Shown piece after piece: positions 35,270 to 48,350 of a stretch of 64,000 nt of DNA (within the stretch, counting starts at the first letter, position 1; each line of letters opens with the position of its first letter). The position numbers and the translations under genes were made by a program. The DNA lies in NCBI GenBank assembly GCA_030390025.1, contig CM059427.1, forward strand, positions 186,558,001 through 186,622,000, read 5' to 3'. The stretch comes from Squalus acanthias. Its lineage: Eukaryota. The notes below the pieces were generated by a model that did not search any database, had not been told where the DNA came from, and saw only the letters and a list, made by a program, of their open reading frames with translations.

Positions 35270-36890
35270 AGCAGCAGAGGCAGCTGAATGTATGGTCACA
35301 ATTTTATTGACAAAGAATTCCATGAGCTCATCGCACTTTTTGTTGGAGGTGAGGGTGGAGGGGGCAGGGGAGAGGGGTTTAAGAAGATGGTTTGTCGTGG
35401 AGAAGAGAAGCCAGGGGTTATCTTTGTATTCTGTGATGATCCTGGAATAGTGAGCAGTTTTGGCAGTGGACCTGATCGTGCTTTATGTGGTCCAGCCACA
35501 TCTGGCCATGAATGGCTAAACCAGTTGTCCACCATAAATGTTCAAGTCTGCGTCCATTGGACTTAAGGGAATGGAAATGAGGGCCGTACTAGGGGGAATG
35601 ACCAGAGTGAGAGAGCGTAATGGATTAATGGGGACAAGGGCGTCAAAAGTGGAGGTGAGGGTGTGATTATGCAGAAATGTCATGGTGAATGAAGGATAAA
35701 AGCTAGACTGTTGGGAATTTGAAAATGCCATTGTAAATGACTTGGGAAGAGTTTTTCCAGGGTCGGACACAGAAGGAAGTGGGATTGGGACGGGGAAGGG
35801 GGATGTGAGTGGAGATGGATACAAGGAAGTGGTCAGAGATGGCCTTATCTGTGATTGACACAAGGGAATAGAGAGACCACATGAGATGGCAAGGTGAAGG
35901 GGGTGGCCGTTAATATGGGTAGGGGAGTTTATATGGAAGGAGAGATTAAGGGAGAATAGGAGGACAGTGAACTCAGAGGAGAGAGGGCATGGTGAGTTGA
36001 GATGGAGGTTGAAATCATTGAGGATGAGAAGTCGCTTGGTGCAGATGCTGAATGAAGAAATCAGTGAAGATATATTGGTCAGAAACTTGGCATGGTACTT
36101 GGGTAGGCGGTAGCGAACAAGGATTTAAATGAGAGGCAAGAAGGGTGGGACAAGGTGAAATGCTCAAAGAAGGAAAAGGTGCCAGAGGAGTAGGGAGACA
36201 GACCAAGGTGTGATTTGATATTAGGGCCACACCAGCACCGCGGTGGTTCGGGCGGGGCAAGTGGTGGAAGGTATAGCAAGGTGGGGAGGTTTCAGTAAGA
36301 GGGAAGATACCATCACCTGTCAGCCAAGTTTCTGTCAAGGCCATGATGTCGATGCAATCAGCCATAATAAGCTCATGGATGACAAGGGCCTTGTTCACAA
36401 GTGAACAGAATTCTAGAGGGAGATGCAGAGAGGGGCGGTGATAGCTGATCCACTGGCAGAGTCCGCAGGGTTAGTGCTGGGAGTGAATGGGGCGGAAAGG
36501 AGGTAGGAAGGATTAGCCCCTAGTGGGCGAGCTGGTCAAAAAGGTCAGTGAGAGAGTAGGATGGGGCATTTGGGTTTGCTGCTCAGAAGGAGGCCATGAC
36601 GAGTGCCTCGATGGGCCCTTTGGAGGATGGAAAAAGAGGCACAGAGGGGAGCTGTAGGCTTATCTAAGAGGGAGTCAAATCTGGGATGGTGGCAGGAGAG
36701 TCGGAAGGTCGAGGAGTGCTAAAGGCTTAGGGTACAGATTTTCGGGGCAGAGTGCCCGAGAGGGGAGTAATGAAAGGAGGCGTGACAACAGTAGAGAGGG
36801 GCCTATGAGGGTTAATAAGAAAAGGAGAAAAAAGGAAATAGGAGTGATGGTTTGGGTCCGGAGTGGCAGCCAAAACGTGCACTATTTTGG
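35270..36890 (-). mobile_element. L2 LINE 5' part (endonuclease region), preceded by a short + strand CR1 fragment at 35087-35265
   Basis: NKALVIHELI...IDIMALTETWL...RGAGVA apurinic endonuclease motifs (ORF 36015-36398). Confidence 0.8.
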
Positions 36891-37980
36891 TAAACAACTT
36901 GTCCTTGAATACACAGGTTGCGGTTATAACTTTTGAGCAGTTCCATTTATCTCGTCAGAAGTGAACACTTTGGATGGGGCTGGATTTCAATCCCTGAATG
37001 TCTTCACCAGAACATTTTAGGACTAGCCCAACACAGAGCGGTACTAAGTTGACGTTAACTTTTCTCAAATTGGGTGCCTTTGGATTGACCTTCGGGCCAT
37101 TTTTACAAGTTAATGAAGCCATTCGAAGATATGAGCAGACATCCCTTTACCTGCATTATCTGAGTGACTCCAGGTGTGAGTGCAAACTTAACATGGCAGC
37201 TCCTAGATGAAGGACAATGACTCACTAAAAATACCTCATCAATCTTCATTTTGTGTTTTTGATTTCTGTTTTTAAATGTTAGCTATCAGAGTTTGTATTT
37301 TGTACTGAAACTACTCTCCCTGTGTTTCTTTCTCCTATAATGGTGAGCACTGGTAACGTGGAAAGGCTTCATATTTTGTGAGCTGTTCCAATCTTCCAAG
37401 GATTGACGAGGCAATGCAGAACTAGAGTGGCAGCGCAAAGCTCTTGCCATTTTAAAAACTCAGTTTGGTCGCCGTCAACCAATTCTTGTATTGCAGCTTT
37501 CACTATTTTCTATTCCTCAGATTTTTTTTTTCTAAACTTCAAGAATGAGCAGCAAGAATCTGGAATTGACACTGAATATTCCTTATAGTCGTTGGTCTAC
37601 ACGCTGGCCGGGTCATTGCAACATAGCTACAATAACAATGAGGAAACTTCTTCACTGCCCACTTCCTCCTTTAGGTTAACAGGAACTGACAGTTTGAAAG
37701 CAGGAATTAACTTTTCAAGTTGCCAAAGATGGAAGCAAGTGATAGATGCCCACCCCCAGCACCAACGGCCACTTCTATTTCTATACCGCCTTCAATATAG
37801 AAAAACAAGGCGTTTCACAGGGGAATAATGGTCCAAGTATACGCTGAACTAAAGCAGGAGATATTTGGAGGGCTGTCCACAATCTTGATCAAGATGCGGA
37901 GATGCCGGTGTTGGACTGGGGTGGACAAAAATGAGAAGTCGCACAACACCAGGTTATAGTCCAACAGTTTTATTTAAAAT

Positions 37981-38015
37981 TACGAGCTTTCGGAGCGCTG
38001 CTCCTTCTTCAGGTA
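37981..38015 (-). ncRNA. Minimal hammerhead ribozyme motif
   Basis: Reverse complement TAC-CTGAAGA-A-GGAGC/GCTCC-GAAA-GCT-C-GTA. Confidence 0.75.
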
Positions 38016-38129
38016 CAAGTACAGTGAGGGAATCTATTACACAGTATAAAAACACAGCAATCAAGGGTTTCTGCAGACCTTTGATTTCTGTGTATATATA
38101 CTGTGTAATAGATTCCCTCACTGTACTTG

Positions 38130-38164
38130 TACCTGAAGAAGGAGCAGCGCTCCGAAAGCTCGTA
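38130..38164 (+). ncRNA. Minimal hammerhead ribozyme motif
   Basis: TAC-CTGAAGA-A-GGAGC/GCTCC-GAAA-GCT-C-GTA. Confidence 0.75.
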
Positions 38165-38214
38165 ATTTTAAATAAAACTGTTGGACTATAACCTGGTGTT
38201 GTGCGACTTCTCAT

Positions 38215-39530
38215 CAAAATCTTGATGAAAGAGGTGGGTGGGTTTAGGAAGGGAATTCCGGAGCATGGGGCCGAGTCAGCTCAAGGTCCAGCTGGCAATG
38301 GTGGGGGGAAAGAAGGGAAGCTGGTGCACAAGAGGCTGGATCAGAGGAATGGAGAGTTCGGTGGGGGTGGGGTGGGGTTGGAGCACTTGAGGAAGCTACA
38401 GAGATAGGAAAGGAGAGACTGTGAAGAGATTTAAACATCAGGGTGAGAATTTTAAATTGGAGGTGTTGAGCCACTGAGGACAGGGGTGATAAGTGAGCAG
38501 GACTTGGTGTAGGAAAGGATATGGGCAGCAGAGTTTTGGATAGAGGGTCGAGGCCTTGCATTTATATAGCACCGTTAATGTAGGAAAACATCCCAAGGTG
38601 CTTCACAGGAGCTTAATCAGCTGAAGGAGGAGATATTAGCAGGGTGCTTAAAAGCTTGGTCAAAATGTTAGGTTTTAAGGAGGGTCTTAAAGGAGGAGAG
38701 AGAGGTGCAAAGAGGTTTAGGGGGGGACTTCCAGAGCTTAGGGCCCAGATGACTGAAGGCACAGTCGCCAATGGTGGGGTGAAGGGAGTGGCGGATGCTC
38801 AAGAGGCCAGAATTGAAGCTGCGCAGATTTCTCAGAGGGTTGCAGGGCTGGAGGAGGTTACAGAGATAGAGAGGAGCAAGGCAATGGAGGGATTTGAATG
38901 CAAGGCGTTAGTGAACAAGGAACCAATGTAGGTCAGCAAACACAGGAGTGATGGGTGAGCGGACTTGGTACAGGTTAGGATAGGGGCAGTGGAGTTTTGG
39001 ATGACCTCAAATTTATATAGGGTGGAAGATGAGAGACGGGTCAGAAGAGTGTTGGAATAGTCAACTCCTGAGGTAACAAAAGCATCGATGAATATTTCAG
39101 CAGCGGAGATGGGTGATGTTCCAGAGGAAGACGGTCTTTGTTATAGAGAGGATAGACGGTTCGAAGCTCAGTCCAAGGTCAAATAGGATGCTTAGTTTGC
39201 ACACCGACTGCTTGAACTTAAGACTGTTTCGGGGAGGTGGATGGAATGGTGGCGAGGGAGCGGAGTTTGTGGTGGGAGCTAAAGGCAGTCGCTTTGGTCT
39301 TCCCAATGTTTAATTGGAGAGAATTCTGGCTCATCCAAGACCGGATGTCGGACAAGCAGTCAGACAACACAGAGGCAGTGGAGGGATTGAGAGAGATGGT
39401 GGTGAAGTAGAGCTATGTGTCGTCAGCAGACATGTGCAATCTGACATCATGTCTTCGGATAATGTCGCCGAGCAGCAGCATGTAGATGAGAAACAGGAAG
39501 GGGCCAAGAATAGATCCCCGTGGAACTGTA
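38215..39530 (-). mobile_element. Two tandem degenerate L2 3' fragments
   Basis: FKILTLMFKSLH-type C-terminus; second tail starts ~38556. Confidence 0.7.
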
Positions 39531-41399
39531 GAGATAATGTTGCATAGTGAGATACCTGGACAAAGGGTGGCTCTATTAGAAGGATCGAGACACCCAAGGG
39601 CAACCTTTTAATTTTAATGTTAGGCCTCCCCTGTTTCCAATGGAGAACTGCTCCAGGGCTTTGGCCTAATTTAAATAATAAGTGAGATCTTAAAGAGCCT
39701 TGCACACAGTCAGTTCACAGGCTTCTAGTGCGCTAAGTTCTGTCTGTCTTCATTTCCATTGGAATAGGTGCACATTAGGGCCTGATCTCCATCTCCAATT
39801 ATACCTGGTGCTGGTGACATTTTTAATTCTCAGGATGTGGGCGTCGCTGGCAAGGCCGGCATTTATTGCCCATCCCTAGTTGCCTTTAACTGAGTGACAT
39901 GCTAGGCCACTTCACAGGGCAGTTAAGAGTCAACCACGTTGACTTCTAAAGCACTACAGAGTCATGGACTGCATTATGCACCCATAATGCTTTTGTAACC
40001 CAAACACTAAACAGAAAAACAATTGAAACCTCAGGATTTTACATTCAGTCATGGTCAAATTCCACGAGAATTTTTTTATGAAGCTGTCGTGGTTACTGTC
40101 CTGAGTACACTCATATATAGTGTTAATATTTTCACAGCTAAAATTTGCATCAGAAACAAGACTTAGTGGTTTACGAGAAAACAAACTGTCGTGTTTTTTT
40201 GGACAGCTGAAAACACAAAATCTGTCGATGTGAGTCAGCAACAGGATCTGACTCAATATTGGCTTGTTTTGTGGTTAACCACACGGAGCTAAGATACTCA
40301 TTTGACGGTTTCCACAGAGCCGTAGTGAAAACACAGCCTAGAAACTCGTTAAGCCGTTTATATTGTGGTAAATGGGCGCAGATGAATAATCCCAGTGCCC
40401 GAAGACGTTGGTCCGAGGATCGCAAGAAATTGGTCCTCGGGCCTCATCTCAGTATTCAGGGCAGCTGTCAACACCTCTCGCACCTCCACAGGTAGCTCGC
40501 CCGAGGGGGGCCGTTTGCGGCCGATACTGGTTATTGGAAGCACTGTGGAGCCGTGAGGAGCACTCCTGCTCCTCCTGACTCCACAGAAATTTAAAAATTA
40601 ATCTTTCACTTACCTTTTCGGTGGCGGCCGTTGGTTAGGCCGCATCTATGTCCCAAAAACCTGAACCGTGCAGGCCCAAGGCCTGCTCTGCTCAAGGCAA
40701 CCTAATTTCTTGTAAGGTTCCTTAAACAGGCATTAGGCCCACCCATTGGCATATGAAAAGGGGTTTAATGCCTATTTTAGGCAGCCGTGTCGTCTAGACC
40801 CAATTTCCGGTCAGGCTTTTTTCAGGCATTCTTGGGGCACAGAGTGTTGCGCACAAATTGGTCCTTTTTGCACCTGTTTTATGCCTGAATTTCTTTTTTT
40901 AGTTTTGAACCCACATCAGCTTGTTCTGTATTATTTGCATATTGGGTTACTCCTCATAGAGAAATGAAGCTCCATGGTTGATGGCATCGTTTTAATGCCC
41001 TGCGCAAAAACACCATACAAGTTGGAGCTAAACTCCTTCATGCTCTCTGCCATTGTGTGCAGGCTCATTGGAAGGCAGCCCAGTGCACTTAGAGGGTCCT
41101 GGGTGTCTATCCGTCAGTCTTCTTTTAAAGGCTGGGCTCTCAAAGTCTTCACCTGTGCCCTCTGCAGTAGGACGAGGATACGAGCTCTCCCTCCAGCGAG
41201 CTGCTTCGCCGGCCATCCTATTCCCCTGACCTTGCTCCTGGGCTCCAGTGCTTGCTGTATCTCGCAGTTAAGACAACTCTAAGACAACCTTCTGAACGAT
41301 GCGGTGTGCCAATCTCTGAGCTGATGCCTTTAAGGGTAAGGTTGATATCCCCTTCATCTTCATTTGCGCTGCCCTCTTCATGCTCTGCTCTCTCAGACA

Positions 41400-42829
41400 G
41401 GCAAAGTTGAAGGCACTTTATCTAAATGCACGTAGCATTCGCAACAAGGTGGATGAATTAATGGCACTAATAGAAGTAAATGGGTTTGATGTAATTGCCA
41501 TTACAGAGACATGGTTGCAGGGTAACCAAAGCTGGAAACTGAATGTACCAGGGTACTCAACATTTAGGAAGGACAGACGAAAAGGAAAAGGAGGTGGCGT
41601 AGTGCTGTTAATAAGGGATGAGATCAGTAGAGATAAAAGATTTTGGCTTGGCTGATCGTGATGTAGAACTGGAATCAGTTTGGGTGGAGCTAAGAAACAG
41701 CAAAGGGCAGAAAACATTGGTGGGAGTTGTGTATAGGCCTGCAATCAGTAGTGGTAATGTAGGGCACAGTATCAATCAAGAAATTAGAAGTGCATGTAAC
41801 AAGGGCATTACGGTAATCATGGGGGACTTTAATCTACATATTGACTGGGCAAATCAAATTACCACTAATGGTGTGGAGGATGAATTCTTGGAATGCATGC
41901 GAGATGGTTTCCTGGATCAGTATGTGGAGGAACCAATCAGGGAACAGGCTATTCTGGATCTGGTACTGTGTAATGAGAAAGGGCTAATCAATAATCTTGT
42001 GGTAAAGGGGCCTTTAGGGACAAGTGACCATAATATGATTGAATTTTACATTAAGTTTGAGAGTGATGTAGTCCAATCTGAAACTAAGTTCTTCAATCTA
42101 AACAGAGGAAACTACAAGGGTCTGAAGGACAAGTTGGCCATGGTAGATTGGGAGACTACACTAAAAGGTATGAAGGTGGACATACAATGGCTAACATTCA
42201 AGGAAATAATGCATAATTTGCAACAAACATATATTCCTCTAGGGCATAAAAAGCCAAAAGGAAAAGTGATCCAACCATGGCTAACAAAAGAAATTAAAGC
42301 TAGTATTAAGTAAAAGGAGGAAGCTTATAAAGTTGCCAGAAAAAGCGGCCAGCCTGAAGATTGGGATCTTTTTAGAAATCAGCAAAGGGGGACCAAGAAA
42401 TTGATAAAGAAAGGGAAAATGGAGTTTGAGCACAAACTAGCGAAAAATATAAAAACGGATTGTCAAAGCTTCTGTAGGTATGTGAAAAGGAAAAGACTGG
42501 CAAAGGTAAATCTCGGTCCTTTACCGTCAGAGACGGGAGAATTTATAATGGGGAATGAGGAAATGGACGGGAAATTAAATAAATACTTTGTTTCTGTCTT
42601 CACGGAGGAAGACACAAAAAACCTCCCAGAAATATGAGAAAACCAAGGGCGTGGTGAGAATGAGGAACTTAAAGAAATTATTATTGGTAAAAAAACAGTA
42701 CCAGCAAAATTAATGGGACTGAAAGTCGATAAATCCCAAGGACCGGATGACCTACATCCTAGGGTTTTGAAAGAGGTGGCCATTGGGATAGTGGACGCAT
42801 TGGTTGTCATCTTCCAAAATTCTATAGTC
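41400..42829 (+). mobile_element. CR1 LINE ORF2 5' part (endonuclease + linker), truncated at the duplication breakpoint
   Basis: LYLNARSIRNK...IAITETW...MGDFN...SDHN motifs. Confidence 0.9.
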
Positions 42830-43632
42830 AGACACAGTATTGTGGTGCAGGACTACGGTGCAGGACCAAAAAACCGGAAAGTCAGGAGTTCCAATCATAC
42901 CATGGTATGCTGTGAAACCGAATCTTTTAAACCTCACACTTTGTGGCCAGCACCAGGGAACTCTAGATAATTGGGTTTACTAATGTCCTTCAGGGAAATG
43001 CACTTGTCTTGTCACTTAAATTGGACTCTAAACCACACTTGCTCTCTGAAGTATACAACTGCTTCAAGAAGAATGTCCACGGCCTTCTTAGGGCAACTGG
43101 GGATGGGCATTAAATGTGATTCTGATCAGGGTCAGCCACATCCTGAGAATAAACATATAAAATGGTGTAGGATGGCGAAGGGCCCTTAAGACTATTGGCA
43201 ACATTGTATACTTTATTAATAGAATCGGTAGTGTCTTTCTAATTGCAACTTTTTCGAGAAAAACAGGTGACGTGATAGACAACCTCTGTATTTGTAACTA
43301 ATTTTGAACAAAAGGTTGACGTTATTAGCAATATGGAAACATAGTCAGAGGAAATCATCTGACATTCTTGAATGATGTCACAACAAATATTGCACATGTG
43401 ACGTAGAACTTGATTCAGCCTTTTGAGGGCCAGCTTGGCTCAGGGGTCGCCCTCTCACCTCTGAGAAAGAAGGTCATGGGTTCACGCCTGGCTTGGTGCA
43501 ATCTACACAGAGGGACTGTTGCATTGTTGGAGGCCTAGAACAATGACTAAACTATAAAAGTGTTTAATTTGCTTTGGGACGTCCTGAGGATGTGAAAGGC
43601 ACGATGAAAAATTCTTTCCAAGGTGTTATAAG

Positions 43633-44212
43633 TAAACAACAACAACTTGTATTTATATAGTGCCTTTAACGTAGTAAAATGTCCCAAGGTGCTACACATC
43701 AGTATTTTAAGACAAAAAATTTGACACCGATCCACATAAGGATAAATTAGGGCAGGTGACCAAAAGCTTGGTCAAAGAGGTAGGTTTTAAGGAGCGCCTT
43801 AATGGAGGAAAGAGAGGTTGTGAGGCGGACAGGTTTAGGCAGGGAATTCCAGAGCTTAGGGCCGAGGCAACAAAAGGAACGGCCACCAAAGGTTGAGCGA
43901 TTATCATCAGGGATGCTCAAGAGGGCAGAATTAGAGGAGCGGAGATATCTCGGGGGGGTTGTTGGGCTGAAGGAGATTACAGAGATAGGAAGGGTCGAGG
44001 CCTGGGAGGGATTTGAAAACAAGGATGATCATTTTGAAATCGAGGCACTGCTTAACCGGGAGCCAATGTAGGTCAGCGAGCACAGGGGTGATGGGTGAAC
44101 GGGACTTGGTGTGAGTTAGGACACGGGCAGCCGAGTTTTCGATGACCTCAAGTTTACGTAGGGTGGAATGTAGGAGGACAGCCAGGAGTGCGTTGGAATA
44201 GTCAAGTCTGAT
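43633..44212 (-). mobile_element. L2 3' end specific to the duplicated copy
   Basis: Absent at the homologous position ataagtaaagctgat (~23933-23947). Confidence 0.85.
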
Positions 44213-45211
44213 TTCACTTAAAGCTGATTGTCCTATCAGTAGCTAGAAAACACTTATTCCCTGGGCCTTAATGATAGGAAAAAGGGGTGGTGATCTGTGA
44301 CATGGGACCTCTATCCCTTTTATGTTGCCTGCATGCTTCAATGGAGATACGATTGGAGGAGCAGTTCCCGCTACCTCCAGCCTCACATTCCTGTGGTTTC
44401 ACCTGAAGGGCACCCACTTCCAACAGCACCTCAATGAGCTCGCAGTGGGTCATGCAATCTCCCAACAATCATGGAAGCCTGAACTAAGCCTTGTGACTGA
44501 TGGTCAACAGCCAGAACGCCCCGAGACCGGTGGCCCATCCCACGGTTGCAGGTCCTCTCAGGCCTGCAGATGTGGTTTGTATTCTGTCCGTTTCCCAGGG
44601 GACGGCTCTTCTAGGAAGTGGGCCTGCAACAGTAGTTCAATCAGACCATGCTAATGACCTGACCAACCAGATTAAGACACTCTGAGGCCTGGACAGACAG
44701 ATCCCTCTTTGAGTCTGCTCCACATGTGCAGCACTCGGGCAAGGAGGGACCAGGAGAAACAAGCTCAACATCTAATATAGCATAAATTGTAAATGGGGTT
44801 TATAAAAGATTAGTGGGAAAAGGCAGGGAAATGGGATTAGAATAGGGGGCTGCAGTTGAACAGCTAGCACCAACCTAGCTACAATGGGCCAAATGGCCTC
44901 TTGCTGTGCTGTAATTTCTTTGCCTTCTAACGCTGCAGCAGCAATGCAACTCTCAAACTCTGCAGAGTAGTGTAAGGAGCTTTGTTCATTTATGACCATC
45001 CCTGTGGCTCACTGTGTAAATGCAGTGCTTCGTGTGGATCTGAGTCATACAGAGGCCAACTGGGTTCACCGTCAATCAATGTCTTGCTGATCCATTGGCT
45101 GTACCAGTGAAATGCAGTAAATTGCGGACATTTGTATGCCAATTGTCAGTTTTTTTGTCAGTCCGGTCCATCAATGTTATCCTTTAATTGTGATGTTTGC
45201 AATTATCACAG

Positions 45212-45255
45212 GGTCCAGACATGGTACCGAGTGCAATAAGCAATCTTCAGATACT
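45212..45255 (+). CDS. Duplicated copy of cytoplasmic exon 4 (alternative or orphan exon)
   Basis: Same splice sites as 27237-27280; GSRHGTECNKQSSDT; 4 nt differences. Confidence 0.5.
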
Positions 45256-45395
45256 GTAAGTATATCAATTCCTATTGGTGAAATCACACGACCTACAATA
45301 TGAATATCTGTAACAAATTTGTAAAGTTGTTATCTGATGTAAAGAGATGCAATAATAGATCACATTATTATAAATGGTTAATTTCTCTCTTGCAG

Positions 45396-45467
45396 AACCT
45401 GGCTCCTTCAAAGGAAGATGATTCATCTGTCATCTATGCACAAATAGCACCAGCAAAATATAAATGA
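45396..45467 (+). CDS. Duplicated copy of terminal ITIM exon (alternative or orphan exon)
   Basis: Same acceptor as 27419; NLAPSKEDDSSVIYAQIAPAKYK* (TGA); 2 nt differences in 72. Confidence 0.5.
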   Translation, partial: NLAPSKEDDSSVIYAQIAPAKYK

Positions 45468-45912
45468 TCTGCACAGGACAGAGAGGAAGAGCTTGAAGTT
45501 TGATATGTGGAATATAACATTTTTGGGAACTGATATTTTTACCTGAGAACAGATATGTAGCTTTCTTCCTATGTATCTGCTCTGATATAACACAATCATT
45601 GCATCACGCTGTTCAAACATGAACATAACTTACGAATGATAACTTGAAATAGAAATCGTTCTCTTAGTATAGTTTCAACAATCCTTTCACAACTTTTACA
45701 GATGCTATGTAAAAAAATCAGCTATTTTATGAAAATAAATGAATGTCTCAGAAGTGTAATAACCAACAATGATGATTCAACTATGCAATGTGTCGCTTAA
45801 GCTTGAGTTTTTCTGTCTCCGACTGGGTCAATGTGAGTAAATTCATCTGTTAATAGCCACCAACATTTAATTAATTCACTCAGTGATGCACCGACTGCTC
45901 TTGTTATCCTTG

Positions 45913-46360
45913 TGTCAAGCGTGGCTCAGTTGGTAGCACTATTGCATCTGAGTTATGAGGTTGTTGGTTCAAATTCCACTTCAAAGATTTAATCACAAAA
46001 CTCTAATCTGACACTCCCGTGCAGTGCTGAGGGAGTGCTGCACTGTGGGAGGTTCTGTCTTTTGGACGAGAGCTTGAAGCGAGGCCCCGTCTGCTCTCTC
46101 AGGTGGACGTCAAAGATACCATTGCATTATTTCAAAGCAGAGCAGGGAAGTTATCCCTCAATCAATGTCACTAAAGCAGATCACCTGGTCATTATCACAT
46201 TGCTGTTTGTGGGAGCTTGCTGTGCACAGGTTGGTTGCCACATTTTCTACATTACAACGATGACTACACTGCAAAAGTCCTTCATTGGTTGCAAAGTGCC
46301 TTGGGACGTCCTGAGGTTGTGAAAGGCGCTATATAATACAAATCTTTCTTATCATTCTTT
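45913..46360 (+). mobile_element. Deu-domain SINE in the duplicated 3'UTR
   Basis: TSD TCCTTG (45907-12 / 46361-66); empty site at ~27960. Confidence 0.85.
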
Positions 46361-46539
46361 TCCTTGGTTACCAGTGTGAGTTCCATCTTAGGCGGCCATT
46401 TATCAGTCCCTGCCCATTAAACACTCCAATTCACAAATCAATTTCATGCATGCTCTGTGTTATCCATCATATTTGGTAATGTTACAAGTTCTTTTCAGAA
46501 GAAATAAATAGCATAATGTGATCAACACAGATACTTAAA

Positions 46540-48156
46540 TACTCGGAATATTGTCCCTTGGAATCAGGCTCATATCCATGGGTGAAAATGAGTTCGAGCA
46601 AGACTTCTTCGCTGCACAGGACCTCCAGCCAACGCTGTACACCAGATACATCGACGACATTTTCTTCCTTTGGACCCATGGCGAAGGATCACTGAAAAGA
46701 CTACACGATAACATAAACAAGTTCCATCCCACCATCAAACTCACCATGGACTACTCCTCAGAATCGGTTTCATTCCTGGACACACGAATCTCCATCAAAG
46801 ACGGACACCTCAGCACTTCACTCTACCGCAAGCCCACGGACAACCTCACGATGCTCCACTTCTCCAGCTTCCACCCTAACCATGTTAAAGAAGCCATCCC
46901 CTATGGACAAGCCCTGCGAATACACAGGATCTGCTCAGACGAGGAGGAACGGGATGGACACCTACGGACGCTGAAAAACGCCCTCGTAAGAACGGGATAT
47001 GACGATCGACTCATCGATCGACAGTTCCGACGGGCCACAGCGAAAAATCGCATAGGCCTCCTCAGAAGGCAAACACGGGACACAACCAACAGGGTACCCT
47101 ATGTCGTCCAGTACTTCCCCGGAGCGGAGAAACTACGCCATTTTCTTCGCAGCCTTCAACATGTCATCGATGACGACAAACACCTCGCTAAGGCCATCCC
47201 CACGCCTCCACTACTTGCCTTCAAACAGCCACCTAACCTCAGAAGTACCATCGTTCGCAGCAAATTACCCAGCTTTCAGGATAACAGCGACCACGACACC
47301 ACACAACCCTGCCACGGCAAACTCTGCAAGACATGCCAGATCATCAACACAGATACCACCATCACACGTGAGGACACTACCCACCAGGTACATGGTACAT
47401 ACTCATGTGACTCGGCCAACGTTGTCTACCTCATACGTTGCAGGAAAGAATGCACCGCGGCATGGTACATCGGCGAGACCATGCAGACACTGAGACAACG
47501 TATGAACGAGCACCGCTCAACAATCACCAGGCAGGATTGTTACCTCCCAGTCGGGGAACACTTCAGCAGTCAAGGACATTCAGCCTCGGATCTGCGGGTA
47601 AGCGTTCTCCAAGGCAACCTTAGGAACACACGACAACGCATAATCATCGAGCAGAAACTGATAGCCAAGTTCCGCACTCATGAAGACAGTCTCAACCGGG
47701 ATCTTGGGTTTATGTCACGATACATGACGTGATCCGGACTCGAGTCGTCGTTGGCTTGTTCACAGATGTGATTCCCAGTAAAAAAGTAAAAATTTTCCCA
47801 GTAAAAAAGTAAAAATTTTACAGCTTATCGTTTTACATACAGACGGCAGCTTTTGACTCGTTAGACCCCCTGCGACTCCACCTCATTGTCTCAGTTGTAT
47901 CTTGCTATGACTTTGATGTGGTACCTTCCTGGCTGACCTGATTAACTTTATCACACCTCGGCAGATAGTCAGGATGATTTAATTTAGTTGTCTGCAATTG
48001 TAAGGTACACATGCATTGTTCTCTATCTATATATGCTTTGTCGAGTCTGTATTTCTTTACTTCACCTGAGGAAGGGGCGATCGATAGCTCCGAAAGCTTT
48101 GATTTCAAATAAAACTGTTGGACTATAACCTGGTGTTGTGCGACCTCTCAATTTTG
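46540..48156 (+). mobile_element. 5'-truncated Penelope-like retroelement (RT C-terminal part + GIY-YIG endonuclease, then pLTR)
   Basis: 393-aa ORF 46551-47732: YTRYIDDIF, LYRKPT, NVVYLIRC...WYIGET...RMNEHR; pLTR with hammerhead at 48062-48102. Confidence 0.93.
48062..48102 (+). ncRNA. Hammerhead ribozyme motif (helix I weakened)
   Basis: TCAC-CTGAGGA-A-GGGGC/GCTCC-GAAA-GCT-T-TGA. Confidence 0.6.
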
Positions 48157-48209
48157 AAAATGATTGACAGCATTGATGTGCATTATATCATGTGCAGTGG
48201 ATTCCGGGG

Positions 48210-48350
48210 TCACTGTGCTATTTCCTCATGTTACACTGGAGTTGATACAATGAAACTCCACCATTAAACCATTCCCCTGACCTAGCTTGGGTCTAATGGT
48301 GGAGTTGCATTGTGTCAAACTCCAATCCAAGATGAGGAAATAGCAGAGTG
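48210..48350. repeat. Imperfect ~140-bp palindrome (old hairpin MITE-like)
   Basis: tgctatttcctcat...ggagttgatacaatgaaactccaccatta / taatggtggagttgcattgtgtcaaactcc...atgaggaaatagca. Confidence 0.8.

Larger units (their letters stand above)
37893..38214. mobile_element. Penelope-derived fold-back insertion with two hammerhead motifs
   Basis: 118-bp inverted arms 37931-38048 / 38097-38214; imperfect TSD ca(c/a)aatcttgat(c/g)aa in the host L2. Confidence 0.9.
42830..46530 (+). repeat. Segmental duplicate of ~23100-28180 (part of intron, last two exons, 3'UTR)
   Basis: Collinear similarity from agacacagtattgtggtg (23102 / 42830) to tacaagttcttttcagaa (28138 / 46483), with copy-specific TE insertions. 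Confidence 0.9.

Noticed and set aside
37544-37588. Possible alternative terminal exon NEQQESGIDTEYSL*
   Set aside because: Motif is cut by the stop, acceptor is a weak AAG, no homology to the real terminal exon.
39960-39998. LHYAPI ITIM-like peptide after an AG
   Set aside because: No pyrimidine tract, immediate stop, adjacent to a repeat; probably chance.
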